Shown here: positions 43,609 through 52,820 of the stretch, piece by piece
How positions within the stretch are numbered: position 1 is the stretch's first letter
Layout: every line of letters begins with the position of its first letter
Assembly: GCA_963713185.1 (NCBI GenBank)
Contig: CAVQKV010000001.1
Coordinates: 227,042 to 291,041 of the forward strand
Direction of reading: 5' to 3'
From: an uncultured Actinomycetes bacterium
GTDB taxonomy: Bacteria > Actinomycetota > UBA4738 > HRBIN12
Length of the DNA stretch: 64,000 bases
Notes under the pieces: model-generated
The model's database searches: none
The model's input: only the letters and a program-made list of their open reading frames with translations
What the model was told of the DNA's origin: nothing
Translations under genes and position numbers: made by a program

Positions 43609-43865
43609 GCGAACTCCTGACGCATGGTCGCGCTCGCCTCGAGCGAGACCGAGGGCGGGAGCAGCCAACCGGCGAGCAACGATGCGATCGGCACGTCGTA
43701 CAGGACCGACACCGTCACCGGCGACCCGCGACTCCCGCTCCACGCGACGTCCACGCGGAGCCGCTCCGGATCCAGACCGACGGCCGCCGCCCGCACCGCG
43801 TCGCCGACGGCATCGACCGACCGCTGGACCGCGGCCTCGCGTGCCCCGGCGCGCGCCGCCACGTT
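43605..43865 (-). pseudogene. C-terminal fragment of a second TadE-like gene
   Basis: VAARAGAREAAVQRSVDAVGDAVRAAAVGLDPERLRVDVAWSGSRGSPVTVSVLYDVPIASLLAGWLLPPSVSLEASATMRQE. The N-terminal half lies 5 kb away, at 48891-49013. Confidence 0.6.
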
Positions 43866-43875
43866 CCAATTACCC

Positions 43876-44769
43876 CTAGAACAAGAGAGGCGGCAACGCC
43901 TCCATCTCCCAGGCGAGAGGTGCGTCTCCTTCAACGAATGACACCGTGAGATGAGGGGCCTTCTCGAGTAATCTTTGGCGCCACGCACAACGCCGATCGA
44001 GCTCTTTGATCGAAGACTCGGTATTGGCGCTGGCAACGATCGAGTCGGACGAGAGGGTCCAGGTAAGCCTTCAATGTCAGAGATGGTCCCACCTGATTCG
44101 GTAACGAGGAGAGTCCCTGCGCCAGCATGGAGCGCCGTGGCCGAGAAAAGCGCATAGGCGGCTACTCGGCCTGCTGCCACGTACGGCAATGAAAGCGTGC
44201 TGCTCAGGTTGCGGACGTCCCAGCGGTCGGCGCGGATCGTGTCACGCGCGAACCTCGCGGCGTGCTCGCGACGCGCGCCGATGGAACGACCGGACTCGAT
44301 TACGATGGTCTGGCTCAGCTCAGTGGTGGCGAGCTGGCGGCGATCGCCGCGCTTGTACGCCCACGCTCCTCGGCCCCGCTCCGCGACGTGGATCTCATCG
44401 GTCGATGCATCGCCGACAACGGCCATATTGATCTGGTCGCCTTCCACCAGGGCTAGGTTCACGCAGTAGAGCGGGACCCGGAGGCGAAGTTCCGTGTGCC
44501 GCAGATCGGATCGAGTAGCCAGTACGCCGACCCATCGATAGGGACGTCGCCACCATGCTCCTCGCCGACCACTGGAACACGAAAGGCATCACCGACGATG
44601 CCTCGCACCACATCCTCGACGCCGATGTCCGTTGCGGTCACGAGATCGCGGCGGCCTTCGGAGGTGATGTCCTGCGCGCCGACTCCGCTCCGAGCGAGCT
44701 CGAGTCCACGCTCGACCGCTTCAATGGCAGCGCGCGTCTCCGGCGGATCTCATTCATGGAGTTCGTCAT
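43876..44769 (-). pseudogene. inositol monophosphatase family gene, frameshifted
   Basis: ATG at 44769 with a GGGAGG Shine-Dalgarno sequence. Pieces lie in three frames: VVGEEHGG..YWLLDPICGTRNFASG / VPLYCVNLALVEGDQ..WDVRN..LHAGAGTLLVTESGGTISDIEG / TWTLSSDSIVASAN. The motif Asp is replaced by Cys (DPICGT). Confidence 0.7.
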
Positions 44770-44889
44770 CGCCTCCCTTCCAGCCCGTTGGGCCTCGACG
44801 CTTGTCCTTCCCGGCTCGCGGGTGCAGACCGGATTTTTCGCGCCGCATTCCGACCAGGAGTGAGTCCAACGAGGGAGGTGACTGAGGCA

Positions 44890-46223
44890 CCACTCGGTAG
44901 AGGCGCCAGCGGTCGGGACGCCGTTCAGCTCGTGCTCGCCGGCATCGTCGAAAGCAGGCCGCTCCCGGCTACCAGATCCTTCACCGTCTGCGAGATCAGC
45001 ACCTCCGATTTCCGGCCCTCGCCATGATCCGCGAACCTATCGTGACGGCGATGCCGCCGGCCTTTCCGTCGATCGTCTGCATCTCCCCCGTGTGGACGCC
45101 GGCCCGGATGTCGATCCCGAGCTCCCGAACACCCTCGGTGATCGCGATCGCACAGCGGATCGCGCGAGCCGGCCCATCGAAGGTTGCGAGAAGCCGTCGC
45201 CTGCTGTGTCCATCTCGGTGCCGCGATACCTCGCCAGCGCCCCTCGCACGATGGGGTGGTGGCGTTCGAGGAGCGCCCGCCATGCAGCGTCGCCGCCCGC
45301 GGACGCTAGCGCCGTTGAGCCCACGATGTCGGTGAACAAGACGGTGGCGAGATAACGGTCGAACTCGATGTCATCCGCGTGGGTGGTGGCGAGGAAGCGT
45401 TCAATCTCCCTCGGGAGGTCCTCGCTTGGGTCCCACCGGTGGACCGTCCCCTCCCATCTCGCGGACTTCCGCCCCGGGTATGTGCGCGGCTAGGTATCGC
45501 CCATGCTCGATCGAGTACGCAAGGTCATCTTTTGAATGGAGCACGAGGGTCGGGACGCGGATCGATCCAAGGACGTCGCGCAGGTCGATCTCCCGATCGA
45601 CCCTGGCCCATCGGACCGCGTCGCCCGGCCCGCCGACGGCCTGCATCCATCTGACCAAGTCCGCCACCTCCCGGTCGTCGTCGCGGGCGGCGGGATTGAT
45701 GTCGGAGGATTTCCCGCGCGAGCGCCGGGGTTCCCCAGGACCGATCCATCTCCTCGATGCTCGGCGTCGGAGTCGGCAAGCGACACACCGAAGGGGTAGT
45801 CGGGGGCCCACAGCTCGCGAGCCCTCGCCGAGTAGGCGACGAGCGCCGCCGTTCGCTCGGGCAGGTGCCGGCGAACATCGCCGCCACGGCGAAGCCCGAC
45901 TCGAACCCCGCCAGCACGGCCCGTTCCGATCCGACGGCTTCCATCACAGCGCGCACGTCCTCCATCTGCGATTCGAGTGCAAGCTGCTGTTCTCGCTCGA
46001 TAATGTGATCGGACAGTCCCGTGCCGCGTCGGTCCAGGAGGATCAACCGGCTGAACGCCGCAAATGCCATCGGGAAGGTCGACGGTCGTCTCGCGTTCCA
46101 GATCGTTCCAATCCCGAGGCCCGACGCCACGACGACGAGATCCATCGGACCGTCGCCGGCCACCTGGTAAGCGATGTGCACGCCGTCGGCGGTCTTCGCG
46201 TAGCGGGTCTCAGGCACGTCCAC
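44890..46223 (-). pseudogene. alpha/beta-hydrolase plus class III adenylate cyclase (LipJ-like), multiply frameshifted, copy 1
   Basis: ETRYAKTADGVHIAYQVAGDGP...LLDRRGTGLSD; VPTLVLHSKDDLAYSIEHGRYLA; MFTDIVGSTALA; GDGFLATFDGPARAIRCA...AGVHTGE; GVPDRWRLYRV. These pieces are spread over all three minus frames. Boundaries are approximate. Confidence 0.6.
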
Positions 46224-46322
46224 ATCTCGTATCCTTGAACGGACCACCCGCAGCCGCAACCGAGTAGATGCCGGAACCCGGCGCAGACCCAAATTCTTGA
46301 ACCCCTTTTCGCCCTCCCCGTA

Positions 46323-47687
46323 TCAGGCTGATGCGCTCAGTACTCGATAGAGGTGCCAGCGGTCGGGGACGCCCTTCAGCTCGTGTTCGCCGGCATCCTC
46401 GAACTGCCAGGCCCGAGCCCGGCTATGAGACCTCACTGTGCTCCGACACCAGCACCCCGCCTGGCGCGGCGAGCGACGAGATTCGTGCGCCGATGTGGAC
46501 CGCCACGCCCCGAAGGCGGTTCTCGACGCGCTCGCACTCACCGGTGTGCACACCGACACGAACTTGAGACCGACCTCGTGAGCCTGACCGCATATCGCCG
46601 ACCCGCAGCGCACCGCCCGAGCGGGGCCGTCGAACGCCGCGAAGATGCCATCGCCGCAGCGTCGACCTCCCGTCCGTCGAACCGTTGGATCGTTCCGCGA
46701 ACCGTTGCGAGGAAGGTCTCGAGCAGATCGCTCCAAACCCTGTCTCCCAGCTCGGACAGGCGCTCGGTCGAGTGACGATGTCCGCGAACAACACGGTCGC
46801 GAGCACGCGGGAAGGCTCGGGTGCGGGCCGGACCCCCGTTAGAAACTCCTGTATCTCGGCCAGCGCCTCCTCCCTGCGGACCGAGGAAGACAACGTGGGC
46901 CGACCCGGGCAGCTCCACGAACCTCGCCCCCGCGATGTTCTGCGCCAGGTACCGGGTTGCGGGAACGTTCTCGTCACCAGAGTGAACGAGGCACAGGGTA
47001 GGCGCGGTGATCGACGGAAGCACATCGCGCACGTCGTAGTCGAACGCGATCCGTGACAGTGCGACGGCGGCTCCTGTGGGTAAGGGACATTCGGCACAAG
47101 CGCTCCCACCATCGCACGACCCGGGGTCGTTCCCCGGCGCCCAGGCCCTCAGCCAGGTCTCGTCGAGCGACTCGTCGAAGGTCCCCTCGGTCCACTCCTT
47201 CTCGGTCGCCTGGAGTTCGGCATCGACGGCCTCGACCGGGAGCCATCCTTCGGGGAAGTCGTCGTCCTGGATCGCCCGGGGGAACGTTGACCACAAGATC
47301 AGCGCCGACGTCCGTTCGGGATGGGTCGCCGCGAACAGGATGCACTTGCGGCCCGCCCTCGGAGGAGCCGAACAGGGCAGCGCGCTGGGAGCCCACCGCA
47401 TCAAGGACGGCGAGGAGATCCTCGCCCCGTTCCTCAAGGGTGGGAAGGGCATCGAGAGGAAGAGGATCGGACAGTCCGGTCCCGCGCTTCTCGAAGAGGA
47501 TGAGGCGGAGAACGAGGCCAGACGCTCCAGAAACCGGACCGCGAGCGGCTCTTCCCACAACACCTGCAGGTGGCTCAGGAACGAGGGCACATGCACGAGG
47601 TCGATCGGTCCCGAGCCCACCACCTGGTATGCGATGTGGACGCCGTTGCGGGTCTTCGCGTACCGAACCTCGGGGGGGAAACACCAT
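46323..47687 (-). pseudogene. alpha/beta-hydrolase plus class III adenylate cyclase (LipJ-like), multiply frameshifted, copy 2
   Basis: ATG at 47687, then a homopolymer (G7 on the plus strand, 47671-47677) shifts EVRYAKTRNGVHIAYQVVGSGPIDLV out of frame. Cyclase pieces VLFADIV, GDGIFAAFDGPARAVRC and GVPDRWHLYRV follow. Confidence 0.65.
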
Positions 47688-47904
47688 TAGCCCACCACCG
47701 GAACCGCGCCATGCAGGGCAGAATCGCCATCAGACCCGTACTCGCCCGTGTCCTGCCGCTGCCTCTCTTCGGAATCCTTCTCCGGATGAGATCTGGCCGC
47801 AACTGGGTGCACGCGATCGTTCCGCCTCTTTCGCTCTGCGGTGCGGTGCTGAACGTTAGGAGGGTTCGTGGTTCGATCGGACCTGTAACCTCCTGATCCT
47901 GTCA

Positions 47905-47940
47905 AACGCTGAAACTTGTCACGCGCCCCGGCGCGAGAGG
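47905..47940 (+). repeat. direct repeat copy A (AACGCTGAAACTTGTCACGCGCCCCGGCGCGAGAGG) with an internal GC hairpin
   Basis: About 30 of 36-37 positions match copy B at 48853-48889. Confidence 0.8.
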
Positions 47941-48089
47941 TCGGCGCGGCGACAAATGTGCTGCCCGAGAGCTTCAGGGTCGGCGACCGCCTGAGGGTCT
48001 GTAGGGCATACGACGCAGACCCAAGGAGTGTCGCTCTCCGCCGGGAACGACTGCCTCGGACCGCAGCTCCGCCAAGGATGCCCCTGATT

Positions 48090-48786
48090 ATGCGGAGCAT
48101 CGTCGCGATGGGCGGTGGGGGGTTCACGATGGGTGACCCGATCCTCGATCGATACATCCTCGGGTTCGTCGACGCACCTCGTCCGAGAGTTTGCTTCCTC
48201 CCGACGGGGGCATCGAACGTCGCGACGTATGTTGTCCGGTTCTTCGACGCGTTCCCATCCACCTCGTTCCAGCCCACGTACGTCGATCTCTTTGATCGGT
48301 CGATCACCGACTTGGAGGGCTTCCTCCGGGAGCAGGACGTGATCTACGTTGGCGGCGGCAACACGGCCAACATGCTAGCGATCTGGCGCGTTCACGGGGT
48401 CGATCGCGCCCTCAGTGCCGCGTGGAGGGCCGGGGTCATCTTGTTGCGGAGACTCGGCCGGCGCGAACTGCTGGTTTGAGGCCTCGACCACGGACTCGTA
48501 CCTTGTCGGAACCGCCGACCCCTTGTTGGACGGCCTTGGATTCCTACCGGGGGCCTTCTGTCTCACTACGACGAATCCCCGCGGCGCGAACGCTTTCACG
48601 AGCTTGTGGCCTCCGGTACGTTGCCGCGCCTGGTGTCGCTTGCGACGACTCCGCCGCCGTTCGCTTCCGGGATGCCGCCTTGGTCGAAGGCGTCATTTCT
48701 CAAAGAAGGGGGCAGGCGCGTATCGCGTGACTCTCCGTTCCAGCGGGGTTACGGAGGAGCGGCTCGAAACCCGCCTCCTCAGCTGA
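48090..48786 (+). pseudogene. peptidase S51 (dipeptidase E / cyanophycinase-like), frameshifted
   Basis: MRSIVAMGGGGFTMGDPILDRYIL..VCFLPTGAS..VIYVGGGNTANML, then SAGANCWFEASTTDS..LLDGLGFLPGAFC and GAGAYRVTLRSSGVTEERLETRLL in other frames. Confidence 0.65.
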
Positions 48787-48852
48787 AGCCAGTCGGACTT
48801 CAGCTGTGCCTTGATGTCTTCGTGAGGAATCCGACACTCCAGTGTGAGGTTA

Positions 48853-48889
48853 GACGCTATAACTTGTCACGCGCCCCCGGCACGTGAGG
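48853..48889 (+). repeat. direct repeat copy B (GACGCTATAACTTGTCACGCGCCCCCGGCACGTGAGG), abutting the right junction of the 5 kb block
   Basis: Aligned by eye against copy A. Confidence 0.8.
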
Positions 48890-48890
48890 C

Positions 48891-49013
48891 CTAGGTGAGC
48901 ACCAGCGAATCCCGTGCCACGACGCCGACCTGCACCAGCGCCAGTAGGAGCAGCAGGATGAGTGGCAGCAGCAGCGCGAACTCGACCGCCGCGAGCCGCG
49001 GTCGAGCGCCCGA
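48891..49013 (-). pseudogene. N-terminal fragment of the split TadE-like gene
   Basis: The minus frame reads SGARPRLAAVEFALLLPLILLLLLALVQVGVVARDSLVLT and then TAG. AAVEFAL plus a hydrophobic helix is the TadE signature. The only ATG (an ATGA overlap with the upstream gene) is in another frame. Confidence 0.5.
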
Positions 49014-49216
49014 TCATCCGGCACTGCCTGCGACCTGATCGATGATGGAATCGAAGAACGCCGGCAGCCCGCTGAGGACCGCGCCCACGCGATCAACACG
49101 ACGGCCACCGCCGCCGCGGCCAGGATCACGAGCGCGTACTCGGCCGTCGTCTGCCCGACATCGTCGGCGAGCCGCGGACGTGCCCGTACGTAGCGCGCAC
49201 GGACGTACGAGGACAA
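49014..49216 (-). pseudogene. Flp-like / DUF4244 pilin gene, frameshifted
   Basis: DDVGQTTAEYALVILAAAAVAVVLIAW in one frame and VLSGLPAFFDSIIDQVAGSAG-stop in another. The junction is near 49075-49095. Confidence 0.5.
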
Positions 49217-49236
49217 CAGCAGCCCGGTTCACCCCC

Positions 49237-49410
49237 TCAGGCGATCGAACGCACGGTGGTCAGGAGCACCGGGACCACCGTGAGGAGGAGGAACGCGGGG
49301 AGGACGAGGAACACGAGCGGGAACAACATCTTCACCGGAGCCGTTCGGGCTCGCTGCGCCGCGGCCGCGCGCCAACCTCTCGAACGTCCGACGCGAGACG
49401 AGCCCCCTCC
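49237..49410 (-). pseudogene. C-terminal remnant of a TadB/TadC-type (T2SS F) membrane protein
   Basis: AAAAQRARTAPVKMLFPLVFLVLPAFLLLTVVPVLLTTVRSIA-stop. Nothing of the rest of the gene is present upstream. Confidence 0.4.
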
Positions 49411-49450
49411 GGCGGCCGAGACCGGCGCCGGCCAACGAAGGAGGAGCGGA

Positions 49451-49817
49451 TGGCGGGCATCGAGATCCGGAGGTTCGAGCGGGCCGATGAGGCACGACGT
49501 TCGAGCACGGCTCGTTCGACGTCGTGACGATCGGCAGCATGACGATCGGGCGTGCGAGCTACGAGCCGGGGTGGGTGTGGTCCGAGCACGTCGGCGGGGG
49601 CCGCGGGCTCAAGGAGCTGTGCCAGGTCGAACACGTCGGCCTGCTGGTCTCTCGGGGTCGCGTCGGCGGTCAAAAGGATGGCCGACGGGACCGAGGACGT
49701 GCTGACCCCGGGCGATCTGTTCGCGAGTCGGGCCGGGTCACGACTCCTGGGTGGTCGGCGACGAGCCGTACGTGTCGCTCCACCTGCTTCGGCGCGAGCG
49801 AGTACGCGAGGCACTGA
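49451..49817 (+). pseudogene. cupin-domain protein, multiply frameshifted
   Basis: GAAGGAGG-ATG at 49451. MAGIEIRRFERADEAR / MTIGRASYEPGWVWSEHVG..ELCQVEHVGLLVS / MADGTEDVLTPGDLF / VVGDEPYVSLHLL / GASEYARH, found in alternating frames. Confidence 0.55.
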
Positions 49818-49883
49818 GGGGGACGACGGCAGAACGCCCCCGGGTTCCGAGGAAGTGTCAGACCACGGGTCTACGATCGCGGT

Positions 49884-50138
49884 ATGGGTTCAGTGACCGA
49901 CCTCCGAGAGTGGCGCGAGCGCCGCGAGCGGGACCCCATGACCCGCCTGGAACGAGCCATCGCGCGCCTGGATGGCCTCCTGCGTCGCAGCGGCTCCGGC
50001 CGCCTCGCGGGCCGGGTCGAGTCGGACCTGCTCGCCATCACGGGCGCCGTGAGCGCCGGGCTCGAGGACGAGGCCGCCGAGCGCGCCGAGCGCCTCGCCG
50101 AACGACTCGAGCACCCCTCCGCCCGCCGTACCAGCTAG
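49884..50138 (+). CDS. hypothetical helical protein
   Basis: 84 aa with no recognised motif. Confidence 0.3.
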   Translation: MGSVTDLREWRERRERDPMTRLERAIARLDGLLRRSGSGRLAGRVESDLLAITGAVSAGLEDEAAERAERLAERLEHPSARRTS

Positions 50139-50347
50139 GCGCGGATCCGGCCGTCGGCCGACTCGACAGGCACGACCTCGGCCATCCCTGGAACCCCTCC
50201 AGCCCGGGCTCGGTCATGAAGGGCGGACCGGAAGCTTCCGGGAGGGAGGCGCCCCGGCGCACGCTCGTGCCCGAACGCGGCCTGCGTGCCAGCGCGGGGC
50301 TACGCTGGGTGGCCGGCCTCGGGGACAGGCGAACGGGAAGGGCAAGG

Positions 50348-50867
50348 GTGAACGATCCGGACCCGCGGACGCTCGCGCGAGCGCGCGAGGGCGACCTCGG
50401 CGCGTTCGAGGACCTCGTGCGCCAATACCAGGGCGACGTCTGGCGATTCGCCTACCACTTCACCCGCGACCGGGCGCTCGCCGACGACGTCACGCAGGAG
50501 GCGTTCCTGCGGGCGTTCCGGTTCCTCCACGGCTTCCGTGGGGACTCCCGGTTCACGAGCTGGCTCTTCCGGATCGCGCGCAACTGCGCGATGGACCAGA
50601 TCAAGGCACGGAACGTCTACGTCGAGCGGGTCAGGCCGATCCGCCGGCACGACCGCCGACGCGCAGGCGCGGGTCGAGCTGCACGCGGCGCTCGACGCGG
50701 TCTCGGCCGAGCACCGCGAGCCGTTCCTGCTCGTCGAGGTGTTCGGCCTGTCCTACCAGGAGGCCGCCGACGTGCTCGGCGTGCGCGTCGGCACGATCAA
50801 GAGCAGGATGCACCGGGCGCGCCGAGCGATGATGGACGCGCTCGAGGTCGAGGAGGAGGCCCGGTGA
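50348..50867 (+). pseudogene. ECF (sigma-70 family) sigma factor with a frameshift between regions 2 and 4
   Basis: Region 2 (FEDLVRQYQGDVWRFAYHFTRDRALADDVTQEAFLRAF..SWLFRIARNCAMD) is in frame 2. Region 4 (EPFLLVEVFGLSYQEAADVLGVRVGTIKSRMHRAR) is in frame 0. The switch is near 50635-50645. Confidence 0.75.
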
Positions 50868-52820
50868 ACCACGACCAGGCCGAACGCCTCCTGTCCGCCC
50901 GCATCGACGGCGAGCACCTGTCTGCGCGGGCGACCACCGCCCTCGAGCACCATCTCGAGACGTGCGCGGAGTGCCGCGCGTTCGAGCGCGGCGCGTACCG
51001 GCTGCGCGAGGCCGCGCGGTTCGAGGTCGCCCCCGCCGTCCCCGACCTGGTACGCGAGGTCATGTCCGCCGTCGGCGCGGAGGCGGGCCGCCCTCGTCCC
51101 AGGTTGCGCGTCGTGCGGCCCGTCAGGTCACCCCGCCGTCGTCTCGTGCCGCGGCTCGCGCCCGTCGCCGCGGCCTTGCTCGTCGGGGCGCTCGTCGGCA
51201 GCTTGGTGGTGGGCGGCCCCTGGCAACGACCGGACACCGGGTCGGCCCTGGCCGCCACCGAGGTCACCGAGGGCATCTCGGCGGCCGCGGTCCGGCTCGA
51301 CGCCTACCAGGCGACGTTCGCGATCACGGAGCTGCACCTGTCCCCCGAGGTCCCGCAGCGCGAGCTCACGATGGGCGTGTGGTTCGAGGCCCCCGAACGC
51401 TTCCGCCTCGACGTCGTCGACCATACCGTCTACCCGACCAGGGCCACGCCGACCGACCTACGGCTCGTGGTCGACGGCTCGACCTGGTACGCGGCCGGCC
51501 CCGCCCCCTGCCCCACCGCGACGCTGTCCGCAGCGGGAGTCCGTGGTCCGCAACCGCCTGCCGTTCTCGACCGCGGCGCCGATCCCGACGGACCTGGTGC
51601 TCCCGATCTCGACGCTCGCCGACGCCGACCGGCTGACGGTGCTCGGGCGCGGCACGGTGCTCGGCCGCCCGGCCATCCGCGTGGAGGTCCCGTTCGAGCG
51701 CGCCGAGCCGCTGTTCCCGTTCCTGTCGATCGGCGGCGACTGGCGGCCGTTCTTCCCCAACGACCGCGTCCGGATCTGGCTCGACGAGCGAAGCTGGTTC
51801 CCGTTGCGGTGGAGCGTCTACCCGGCAACGGGCGCCGAGCGCGACGCCTGGGCCCTGCGGTTCGGCCTGCCCGACGAGCCCGCCCGGCGGCCGGTGTTCT
51901 CGGTGACCGCGCTCGACCTGAACCTGGACCAGCCGGACACCGCCGTGTTCGACATCCCCGCGACCACGTCCTCGCGGGACCAGGGCGCCCGTCCGGTGGC
52001 GCTCGCCGACGTGCGACGCGAGACCGGGTTCGAGCCGGTCGCGCCGCGCGTGGTGGGGGGTCTCGACCGGTATCGCGTGGTGCTCCCCGGGGACGACGCA
52101 GGCGAGACGCTCGTCTCCTACGCCGACGGGCTGGCGTTCCTCAACCTCGGCCAGACGCGGACGTGGAACGGCGACGCACCGTTCGGACCCGTCGGCGTGC
52201 AGGCGGAGCAGGTTTCGCTCGCGGGCGGGGGCGTCGCGTACTACGAGCCCTCGTCGGACGATCACGGCCGGCGCGTCTCGATCCACGCCGCGGACACCGA
52301 CCTGTACCTGGAGTCCAACCTGCCGCGTCCGGAGCTGCTCGCGGCCGCCGCCGCGCTCCCCGTCCGGGGGCTCCCGATGCCCGAGTCGTGGAGGCTGCGC
52401 GAGAGCGGCGCCGCGACCGTCGAACGCGTGTCGCTCGAGACGGCGAGGGCGTCGGTCCCGTTCCCGATCGACCTCCCAACGGCGCTTCCGGCCGGGTTCG
52501 CGCTCGCGAGCGTGGAGCTCGTGGACGCCGGGTACGGTGTCGGGGTGACCCTGTACCTGCGCGACCGGGACGCGGACGCCGGCATCGGCACGATCCGCCT
52601 CCACCTCGAACCCGCGACCGACCTTCCGACGGCGACCTCGGCAACGCAGTCGGCGGTCGCCGTCGCGGGCGTCGAGGGACGGTTCACGCCCGACCGATCG
52701 CAGCTCGAATGGATCCGGGACGCCGTGTACCGCTCGCTCGACGCGCCGGGGCTCGAGCTCGACGAGCTGCTCGCCATCGCCACGTCGATCGGCCGGGACC
52801 CGGACGGGGCGAACGGGTGA
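50864..52820 (+). pseudogene. zf-HC2 anti-sigma factor with a LolA/DUF4367-like extracytoplasmic domain, frameshifted near 51500-51540
   Basis: GTG at 50864 in a GTGA overlap with the sigma stop. HHLETCAECRAF, TM LAPVAAALLVGALVGSLVV and LolA-like FAITELHL..WFEAPERFRLDV. It then continues in frame 0 (VVRNRLPFSTAAPIPTDLVLPI...). Confidence 0.65.

Larger units (their letters stand above)
43866..48893. other. about 5 kb lower-GC block of degraded genes separating the two halves of the TadE-like gene
   Basis: GC drops visibly (for example ccaattacccctagaacaagagagg, gagtaatctttgg). Every gene inside it is frameshifted. CTAG occurs at both junctions (43876-43879 and 48891-48894). Confidence 0.5.

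Noticed and set aside
43876-48894. Interpreting CTAG at both junctions as a target-site duplication of an IS5-like element.
   Set aside because: Removing the block plus one CTAG copy does not restore the TadE reading frame. No terminal inverted repeats or transposase are present, and a 4-mer can recur by chance.
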